This document shows positions 20,267 through 27,912 of a stretch of 64,000 nucleotides of DNA, piece by piece. This stretch comes from Bdellovibrionales bacterium. GTDB lineage: Bacteria > Bdellovibrionota > Bdellovibrionia > Bdellovibrionales > UBA1609. Position 1 is the first letter of the stretch; the number at the start of each line of letters is the position of its first letter. The stretch covers positions 896,001-960,000 of the forward strand of contig OZ241877.1 of assembly GCA_965203095.1 (NCBI GenBank). Direction: 5' to 3'. A program made the position numbers and the translations under genes. Under the pieces are notes generated by a model, which was given only the letters and a program-made list of their open reading frames with translations, was not told the origin of the DNA and did not search any database.

Positions 20267-21028
20267 ATGAAAAATATAAACACTTTGCGAGGGCTTTATT
20301 TGATATGTCATATCGCTATTATCCCTGCCATTCTTTTAGGAAGTTTCTCTTGGTGCTTGTGCTCTATCGCGACTTACTTTGTTTTGCAAATTTTAGGCTT
20401 AAGTGTTGGCTTGCATCGGTATTTTGCTCATAAATCCTTCAACACAGGAAAATACCGGGAGTTATTTTTATTATTATTTGCTACAATTACAGCAATGGGT
20501 AGCCCCATAAGTTGGGCCGGCGTGCATCGTTTTCACCATTTACATTCCGATACAGATAAAGACCCTCATTCTCCACACAAAAAAAGCCTTTGGCATATTT
20601 TGTTGGGTTTATACAATAAAAATATTAAAATCCCTCCTTCACTTATAAAAGATCTTTTAAAATCCCCCGCATTGCTTTTTGTGCATAAACATTATTTTAA
20701 AATTTTAGCTGTTTGGGCATTTTGCCTTTTTTTGATTGGTGGTTCCAAAGCTCTTATTTTTATTTTTTGTATTCCCATTGTTTTTATTTACTGGGCCACT
20801 GCTATAGGGCTTATTTTGGTTCACACTCAAGGCTATAGGAATTTTGAGACAATTGATCGATCTGTCAACTCTTGGCTTGTCAGCCTTTACACACTTGGCG
20901 ATGGTTGGCATAATAACCATCATAAATATCCTGATCGCTACAAACATGGTTTAAAATGGTGGGAGCTGGATCTGAGTGCTGTTTTGATCTCTTGGTTTTT
21001 CCAAAAAAAACTGGCCTACACTGCTTAA
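20267..21028 (+). CDS. Membrane fatty-acid desaturase, copy 3
   Basis: His boxes HRYFAH, HRFHH, GDGWHNNHH; DPHSP. Confidence 0.92.
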   Translation: MKNINTLRGLYLICHIAIIPAILLGSFSWCLCSIATYFVLQILGLSVGLHRYFAHKSFNTGKYRELFLLLFATITAMGSPISWAGVHRFHHLHSDTDKDPHSPHKKSLWHILLGLYNKNIKIPPSLIKDLLKSPALLFVHKHYFKILAVWAFCLFLIGGSKALIFIFCIPIVFIYWATAIGLILVHTQGYRNFETIDRSVNSWLVSLYTLGDGWHNNHHKYPDRYKHGLKWWELDLSAVLISWFFQKKLAYTA

Positions 21029-21034
21029 TTTTAT

Positions 21035-21640
21035 ATGAAAAAGCTCTCTTTACAAAAACAATCAGCTGGCCTGAAAATTGCAATTACAGGCCACACTTCC
21101 GGCATAGGGAAAGGGCTATATAACTTTTATATAAAGGATCATCAAGTGATGGGTTTTTCCCGATCTAATGGTTTTGATATTGAAACAAAACAAGATAAGA
21201 TCTTGGAAAAATCAAAAAACTGCGATATTTTTATCAACAATGCTTACAGTGGCTTTGCTCAAACTGACTTGCTTTTTAAATTATGGGATTTTTGGCGAAA
21301 TAAGGAAAAGCTAATAATCAATGTCAATAGTATGATCCGCGATTTGTCTTTCCCCTATATAAAAACCCCGCCTTTTTCTAAATACAAAATTCATAAATTG
21401 GCCCTATATCAAGCTGTGCAAGAGCTACAACAAAGCCCTTCAAAATGTCAAGTCAGCCAAATCACCTTGGGTGTGGTGGATACTTCATTTTTTATACTTA
21501 AATCTGCCCTAAATAAAGACAATAAATTGGTTTCAGAAAAAAAGATGAAAATAAAAGATGTAGTTGAAGTAGTTAATATGATTGTGACCTGTTGGAAAAA
21601 AATCAAAATACATGATATAGTTGTGGGAGAGACTAAATGA
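21035..21640 (+). CDS. Short-chain dehydrogenase/reductase (short atypical SDR)
   Basis: ITGHTSGIG Rossmann motif, INNA, catalytic YxxxK (YKIHK). Confidence 0.85.
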   Translation: MKKLSLQKQSAGLKIAITGHTSGIGKGLYNFYIKDHQVMGFSRSNGFDIETKQDKILEKSKNCDIFINNAYSGFAQTDLLFKLWDFWRNKEKLIINVNSMIRDLSFPYIKTPPFSKYKIHKLALYQAVQELQQSPSKCQVSQITLGVVDTSFFILKSALNKDNKLVSEKKMKIKDVVEVVNMIVTCWKKIKIHDIVVGETK

Positions 21641-22437
21641 AAAACTCTTTACTTTTTTCAGAAACTTATGAAAAACTCTTCAATGAGATTCAAAAAAACA
21701 ACCTTCTACCTATTGGGGAAACAGGAACTCTCCCTATTCATAAAAGCAAAAAAGATGTTGATTATCCTAAAATCATCAAGTTTCAACATGCTTTTTCTCA
21801 TAACAAGCTTTTGGAAGATTTCAATACCACTAAGTCTCTATTAAAAAAATATGGAGAACCTGCTTTTGGAGGCTACAGTTCCTACTTTATCCAAACTCAA
21901 TATTCAGAAGTTTTAAAAATGTTGGGAGAGTTAGGTTTTTCTAAAGACCGTTATGAAGTTTACCAACTGAGCTTGAGTGGCCAGTCTGAACTTTTACCCA
22001 TAGTTGGGGATTACACTCGCGACACTCTCAATAAAATAGGCAGGAATTTTTGGCAATTGTATGTGACGGCAAAACCGGATTGGTCTTTAAAACCTCATAT
22101 TGACCATAAAGATATGAGCAAGTTTGGTTTTAAAGTTTTCCTACCTATCAATGAAGACCGCTATATCGGTTGGATTTGTAAGCACAAAAAAATACAGATA
22201 TATAAACTGTTAAAGGGGATCCCTTATTTTTTAAATGTGACACTGCCTCATTTTGCAGTAAATCCTACTTCAAGCAAGTCTATTGCCTTAAATTTTCATA
22301 TTGCTGAGGACAAAGGCATCCTCAAGGGAGAGGAAATGGAACCGGAAAAAGATATAACTTGGATAGAAAAACAAATTCCATGGATAAAGGAGTTATATGC
22401 TAACTTTGATCAAAATTGTAAGCTCATTTTTAAATAA
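21637..22437 (+). CDS. Second, divergent Fe(II)/2OG (AspH-like) oxygenase
   Basis: LKPHIDH ... F.P ... YFLNVTLPHFAVN; same motif layout as 18664-19395. Confidence 0.65.
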   Translation: MKNSLLFSETYEKLFNEIQKNNLLPIGETGTLPIHKSKKDVDYPKIIKFQHAFSHNKLLEDFNTTKSLLKKYGEPAFGGYSSYFIQTQYSEVLKMLGELGFSKDRYEVYQLSLSGQSELLPIVGDYTRDTLNKIGRNFWQLYVTAKPDWSLKPHIDHKDMSKFGFKVFLPINEDRYIGWICKHKKIQIYKLLKGIPYFLNVTLPHFAVNPTSSKSIALNFHIAEDKGILKGEEMEPEKDITWIEKQIPWIKELYANFDQNCKLIFK

Positions 22438-22882
22438 ATTGAGAGGCTTAGTTTTTAAAAAAATCCCTCTTCGTCAAATTTTGATTTCTGTTATTCTGAT
22501 GGTTTATATTTCTATCTCTCATATTATTTTACCGGCTTTTAACAAGAGCCATTTTTTGTTTTTTTCAGATTGGGTTTTGTTTTCGTTTACACCTTTAGAG
22601 TCCGTTTATGACATTTCTTGGGATGGAGGCAAAAGCTTTCTTTTAAGAGATCATAGGCAAAAAATCCCGTTTTCATTTCAAAATCAAGATTCTTTTAAAG
22701 GAAATAAGTTCATTAACTCTGTATTGTTTAATGATTATAAAACTCTCAAAGAAAAGTTTGTTTTAGATATTAAAACAAAATGCCAGTGTGAAAACCTACA
22801 ATTTTTTAAATTGAAGGGCAGTATAGCCGATCATATCATTTATAAAAAACAGCTTGAAATATACTGGAAAAAAGCACTGTGA
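22397..22882 (+). CDS. Membrane-anchored hypothetical protein (SdpA-like / HTTM partner)
   Basis: One N-terminal TM followed by FFSDWVLFS, similar to the PF..W.MFS motif of HTTM-associated proteins. Confidence 0.5.
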   Translation: MLTLIKIVSSFLNKLRGLVFKKIPLRQILISVILMVYISISHIILPAFNKSHFLFFSDWVLFSFTPLESVYDISWDGGKSFLLRDHRQKIPFSFQNQDSFKGNKFINSVLFNDYKTLKEKFVLDIKTKCQCENLQFFKLKGSIADHIIYKKQLEIYWKKAL

Positions 22883-23712
22883 GCCGGATTTTCTCTCAAA
22901 TTTACTATCTTCTGCTTTTTTGTTCTGGCTATTATTGGGCCTATGTTTGGTTAAATGAGCTTTCCACAGAAGGCATAAAAAAATATCTCTTATTTGCTGG
23001 TTTTTTAAACTATGTTCCCGTCCCGGCCTACCTGTTCCCTTTGTTGGGCTTGCTATTTTTTGTCTTTTGTTTGTTATGTGTTTTATCCCCTGCTGTAAAA
23101 GCTTTTAAACGATTTGAACCTTATTTTAAGATTTTAACTGCGATGCTTTATTGTCTTAATATTTCCATCCTTTTTTCTTATTATGAACATATTATTATAC
23201 ATCATCACTGTTGGATGCTCTCCTGCTGTATTATGTGCTTTCACTGCTCTAATAAAACTTTAAATTCAAAAGCCAATTTATTGGCTTTAAATTTGAATCA
23301 ATCTATTTTGTTAATAAATTATTTCATCTCCAGTTTATGGAGGATTCGCTCTTATACTCATTCGGAATCTTCTTTTTTAGATATAGTGATGGATTATATC
23401 GGGTATGGTTTGGCTGGTGCCAGGGCTGAGCCTTCATTTCTATTGCAAATTTTGTTGGATAAGCCTTATTTTTTGGCCTTTAGTTTTGTATGTGTGACGA
23501 TGTTTCAGCTATCTTGCCTGATTCCTGCTTTTTTAAATTCCCGCCGGTTATTTGTTTTATACGGAGCTTTGCTTATTGGATTTCACTTAGCAACGGGAAT
23601 TACTGTGGGAGTGTATTGGCTTTTTTCCATCCCCTCTATTTTATTTTTTCTTATTGTTGCTGAAACCTTAAAGAAAGAAGAGAGAAAGCTTTTGCTGAGG
23701 CAGAGATCTTAA
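22879..23712 (+). CDS. Polytopic membrane protein, HTTM/SdpB-like
   Basis: About 7 TM segments; HHH, YFISSLWRI (cf. YF.AG..KL) and GFHLATGITVG motifs. Confidence 0.55.
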   Translation: MSRIFSQIYYLLLFCSGYYWAYVWLNELSTEGIKKYLLFAGFLNYVPVPAYLFPLLGLLFFVFCLLCVLSPAVKAFKRFEPYFKILTAMLYCLNISILFSYYEHIIIHHHCWMLSCCIMCFHCSNKTLNSKANLLALNLNQSILLINYFISSLWRIRSYTHSESSFLDIVMDYIGYGLAGARAEPSFLLQILLDKPYFLAFSFVCVTMFQLSCLIPAFLNSRRLFVLYGALLIGFHLATGITVGVYWLFSIPSILFFLIVAETLKKEERKLLLRQRS

Positions 23713-23798
23713 TATACTGATCACAGTTGAAATTTCCGGGCAAAACAAAGAAAACGGGAATCTTCAAATAAAATCCGTATAATTTTGCTTGATAAGTT

Positions 23799-24785
23799 TT
23801 AAGGACGATCAGGAGCAGTTGGAGCCATCGGAGGATTTGCAGGAGGATTTGCGGAAGGAGAAGATTTAAGATTTATTGACTTAGAAATCGTTTTAAATAA
23901 ATTTGTTTTTGAAAACTCCTTATTGTTTTTCATATAATCATAAGCTGTTCCTCCTTCATTATTTTTAACCATGACACTGGCCCCATGATCTAAAAGGAGT
24001 TGAATGACTACGGGATCAATAAACTTGACCCCTGTAAACTCATTAGGGACAGTGGCAGAAAAGATAGGGTTAGACTGAGATTTGCTTTTAAATTCAATAT
24101 CAGCACCTTTAGTTAGCAATAGTTTAATAATTTTAACATCTCTACGGTTGTAAAGAGCCCAATGCAAAGCACTGGCTGAAAAAGTGCTGTCCGGCTCATC
24201 AATATTTTGAATGTATTTTAAAACAGTTTGAACAAACTCATAAGCTTTATCCGTCCTAATTATAGCCCAATGCAGAATTGTGGCTTTAGACTCAGAGCCT
24301 CTTCCTGTTTTTAAAGTAGGATCTGCTCCTGCCTGCATAAGAATATCTATTATTTCAGGATATTGCCCGTCCCGAACAGCCATTACCAGCATGGTCTCAC
24401 TGGTATCTGAGCGGGCGGAATTGATATTCGCAATGCTTTTTAGTTGCTCCTTTAATTGTTCCGGTGTCACTTTATTATGAAATTCTGTGGTGAGATATTC
24501 TGGAATAGCTTTAGGTTCTGGTTTTTGAGTTGAGGCTGGCACAACCTCTTTTACAGCGGGTGAGGTGGGGGGAGCTACTTCTTTTACCCCTTTTACCTCC
24601 GTTAAGGCCGGTGAGCTTGCTGGGGTATCTGAGGAAGGCTCCACTGGCAAAGCGATATTTTGAGAGAGAGCAGGATCTATCTCCCTCACATTCTTTTTGT
24701 CAAACATATATAGGTAATAGCCCGCATAACTCAACCCTATAAGGAGCAATATTAAGATGAAAAGATATTTTATTGTTTTAGCCAT
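23799..24785 (-). CDS. Membrane-anchored ankyrin-repeat protein
   Basis: N-terminal TM, Pro-rich linker, ankyrin units (TILHWAI, ALHWALY...IIKLLLTKGADIE, LLLDHGASV). Confidence 0.88.
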   Translation of the reverse strand: MAKTIKYLFILILLLIGLSYAGYYLYMFDKKNVREIDPALSQNIALPVEPSSDTPASSPALTEVKGVKEVAPPTSPAVKEVVPASTQKPEPKAIPEYLTTEFHNKVTPEQLKEQLKSIANINSARSDTSETMLVMAVRDGQYPEIIDILMQAGADPTLKTGRGSESKATILHWAIIRTDKAYEFVQTVLKYIQNIDEPDSTFSASALHWALYNRRDVKIIKLLLTKGADIEFKSKSQSNPIFSATVPNEFTGVKFIDPVVIQLLLDHGASVMVKNNEGGTAYDYMKNNKEFSKTNLFKTISKSINLKSSPSANPPANPPMAPTAPDRP

Positions 24786-25250
24786 AAAATTTTCCTTAGA
24801 ATAATGAAAGTTTAGACAGCTTAAAATTGGATTTTAGGCTATGTCAAGCTTGTCTATCCTTCCCCTTTCAACAGGTTAAATTTGTTGGTCAAGCTTTCAA
24901 AAGTCCATTTTGTTCTATCATAAAAAATAATTATGGTAAGTATAAATAATAGCGTGTGACAATATCCTCTTCATTGGCTACTCATGATGGATATTCAGCT
25001 CTGACTATTCGCCCTTTGAGGGCTGTTCTTTCTTAATTTTCTTTAAATATCCAAATTTAAATTTTTAAGCTTAAAGCCTTTAAAATAAGCCTTTTGGCTC
25101 AATTTCTGAGTAGTCGGCCCCGCTCAGCTGATCAAACAACCTATAAGCTTTGTAAGCAATTATTCCTAAAAAAGCCCGTTTTTGACAAGCCTTGTCTTGA
25201 CTTGAAACATTTAAAGAGAAAAATAAACTGGCAAGAAAATAAGGTTTTTT

Positions 25251-25568
25251 ATGGCTGATTGGCTAACACTTCAGGAATATTCTAACCAACAAGGGGTGAG
25301 CATCTCCACCCTTCGCCGGAAAATCAAAGGGGGGGAGATAAAATCCCGCATTCAAAACGGTCGCTATCTCCTAAAAGTCCCCTACCCATTAGAGGATTCC
25401 CTCCCTAAAAATGAGCTTAAGGCTTATTATCAAAAGCTTTTATGTCAAAAAGATAAAGAACTAAAAAAACTAAAAGAAGATCGGGAAGACCTTATCCATC
25501 TATTGGATTTTTTAGAAGAGGAAAAAACGGATCTGTTGAATCTTCTAAATAAAGCCCATTGGGATTAA
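25251..25568 (+). CDS. Small helix-turn-helix plus coiled-coil protein
   Basis: WLTLQEYSNQQGVSISTLRRKIK (MerR/excisionase-like HTH) followed by a heptad-rich tail. Confidence 0.7.
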   Translation: MADWLTLQEYSNQQGVSISTLRRKIKGGEIKSRIQNGRYLLKVPYPLEDSLPKNELKAYYQKLLCQKDKELKKLKEDREDLIHLLDFLEEEKTDLLNLLNKAHWD

Positions 25569-25654
25569 AAAGGATGAGGAGTGGCCCACTCCCTTAAAAA
25601 ACAGTTTTATTTTGGCAAAGCCACTTTCTGGTCAATTTAAACAAAGGTTTAAAA

Positions 25655-26515
25655 ATGGATCTCTTAGAAGACCAAGCTAAATTCTGTTATATTCAGCCTA
25701 ATCAGCCCTCTATAAGCATCCCATTTACAAGAAGTCTTTTTGATAAAATCAGCCCCTATCAACATATACAAATCTTGGAAACAAAATTTGCTGGAAAGGC
25801 ACTCATTATTGATAATTATTTAATGTCTTGTGAAAAAGACGAGTTTATTTACAGTGAATTGATAGCTCATACCCCTTTATTTAGCCATCCCCATCCAAAA
25901 TCCGTGCTCATCATTGGCGGAGGCAATGGGGCCACAGCCCGTGAAGTCTTAAAACATGAGAATCTTAATCAATGCATAATGGCTGAGATTGATGAAATGG
26001 TTGTGGAGGCGGCAAAAGAGCATTTAAAATTTTCCTCCATGGCTTTTGATAATCCCAAACTGGATCTTCATATCGCCGATGGGAAGGAATTTATTGCTCA
26101 ATATAACTCTGCTTTTGACATTATCATAGTGGATGATTCGGGAACGGCTGTAAGCTCCTCCCTTGGAACTAAAAGCTTTTATAAAAATGCTTATAGAGCT
26201 TTAAAAGATGATGGCATTATTATATCTAACTGTATGAATTTATTTGAACAGGCAGACAAAGCTAAAATCCTTTTAGAAAAAGTAGCTCAAAGTGGATTTA
26301 AGAAAGCAGGGTTTTATTTTTATCACAATATTTATTTTCCTCCGGGCTTATATTCTTTTCTGTTGGCTTCTAAAGAGCCCCATCCCGTAAAAAACTTTGA
26401 TCCAAAAAGAGTGAGCGGTAAGTCCTTTCGCTATTATAACAGCGATATTCATGTTGCCGGTTTTGCCTGCCCACAATTTATAAAAAATATCCTTGGGGAT
26501 TTATGGACCCTGTAA
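25655..26515 (+). CDS. speE: Spermidine synthase-like protein with divergent active-site motifs
   Basis: SPYQHI, DEFIY.E, VLIIGGGNG, EID, RYYNSDIH...F..P.F motifs. Confidence 0.85.
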   Translation: MDLLEDQAKFCYIQPNQPSISIPFTRSLFDKISPYQHIQILETKFAGKALIIDNYLMSCEKDEFIYSELIAHTPLFSHPHPKSVLIIGGGNGATAREVLKHENLNQCIMAEIDEMVVEAAKEHLKFSSMAFDNPKLDLHIADGKEFIAQYNSAFDIIIVDDSGTAVSSSLGTKSFYKNAYRALKDDGIIISNCMNLFEQADKAKILLEKVAQSGFKKAGFYFYHNIYFPPGLYSFLLASKEPHPVKNFDPKRVSGKSFRYYNSDIHVAGFACPQFIKNILGDLWTL

Positions 26516-26558
26516 AAGATATTCCTTAAAAATTAAAAAATTCAATAAACAGCGAAAA

Positions 26559-27863
26559 TCAAATCACGGGTCTTTTGTCTTCTTCAATAAAGAACTCCAA
26601 CTTTTCAAATTCCTTATTCCAAAAAGTTTTGGCCTTCTTCATGCTTTCTGCCTTAACTGCAAGGTGACCCCTCATAGCACTTAGAAAATCATTTCTTTCT
26701 CTAAAAATAAGGTCTCCCGGCTTTAAGGGAAATTTGGACTCCACCACTGAAGAGGAAAAGGGTTTTTTTTGAGAAAAACTCAATAACCTGCCTTTAGGAA
26801 AAGGCAGTCTTTTAAAAACAACATAATTTTTGGGCTGGTTTCTTTTTTGAATGTCCACTTCCTCCCCTAATAAAGCTCTAACAGCTCTCTCACCATAAGA
26901 GACATCCTCATAACAAATCCTTAAAAAATCAATAGGCAAAGAGTTAAACCGAGGGCTGGCATCTAAAAGATAAAGCTGATTATCTGTAGAGTTCAAAACA
27001 CAGTCAAAAACAAAAGGGCCATAAGGTAAAATGGGATCTTTAACTATTTGTTGGCTTAAACATTGAATTTTATCTAAGACTCCTTTTCCCTCTTCATCAC
27101 AGAAAGGGGCAAAAAACTCGTTTTCACTACGAAAAGGAGGCTTTGCCGGCACCACTTCATAAATCAATGAAAGCTCCATCCCATTTTTTGCTTTAATGCC
27201 TGTCACACAAAAAACAGATCCCGGTATAAATTGCTCCACAAGATATTTTGAGTGGCAGTTATCAAAAAGATAATTGGCATATTCTCCCTTTTTTAGTTCC
27301 ACTCGATCATTGGCATCTGGATTTTCAAAATCGGGTTGAAAGAGCTTACATAACTCTTCTGGCCTTTGGCTTAAAAAAACACCGCAGGAACCACTTCCGC
27401 CATCTGGTTTTGCTATTACAGGAAAATGAGCTATCAAAGAAAGATCCAGATCAGACTGTGTAGATAAAGCTTGAAAAACAGTAGGAGTCTTTATGCCTTT
27501 TAAATTAAAGTGCTTTAAATAACGGCTTTTTCTCATCCAAAATCGAGACAGTTTTTTGTCTAAACCTGGAAATTTCAAACTCTCATTTAAAAAACCTAAG
27601 ACTAAAAAAAGATAACCGTTAATGCCACAAGAAGGGACTATAAAAGATATGTTTTTCTTTTCCTTAATGATTTTTAAACAAGAAGATATATTGCTTTTGA
27701 CATTTATTAAGGCTTTCAGTGGATTTGTGAAATCAGCTGAAGAAGCCAGTTCCCTCTGAGAATAGCGAACAGGGACTGTGTGGGATAAGTAATTTGACTC
27801 TCTCAAAGCTGAATCTATATTCTTATCATTCAGTGAGGATAAGAGGATCAAACAGGATCTCAT
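26559..27863 (-). CDS. ATP-grasp domain ligase (L-amino acid ligase-like)
   Basis: FPVIAKPDGGSGSCGV, YLVEQFIPG and YLLDASPRF motifs. Confidence 0.8.
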   Translation of the reverse strand: MRSCLILLSSLNDKNIDSALRESNYLSHTVPVRYSQRELASSADFTNPLKALINVKSNISSCLKIIKEKKNISFIVPSCGINGYLFLVLGFLNESLKFPGLDKKLSRFWMRKSRYLKHFNLKGIKTPTVFQALSTQSDLDLSLIAHFPVIAKPDGGSGSCGVFLSQRPEELCKLFQPDFENPDANDRVELKKGEYANYLFDNCHSKYLVEQFIPGSVFCVTGIKAKNGMELSLIYEVVPAKPPFRSENEFFAPFCDEEGKGVLDKIQCLSQQIVKDPILPYGPFVFDCVLNSTDNQLYLLDASPRFNSLPIDFLRICYEDVSYGERAVRALLGEEVDIQKRNQPKNYVVFKRLPFPKGRLLSFSQKKPFSSSVVESKFPLKPGDLIFRERNDFLSAMRGHLAVKAESMKKAKTFWNKEFEKLEFFIEEDKRPVI

Positions 27864-27912
27864 AATTTTATTAAAAGAAAAATAGAAAATTTTTAATTCC
27901 CATCAGCAAAGC

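Noticed and set aside
17782..23712. Canonical polyyne (caryoynencin-type) cluster call
   Set aside because: No fatty acyl-AMP ligase, ACP, thioesterase or rubredoxin; acetylenase activity cannot be read from the His boxes alone
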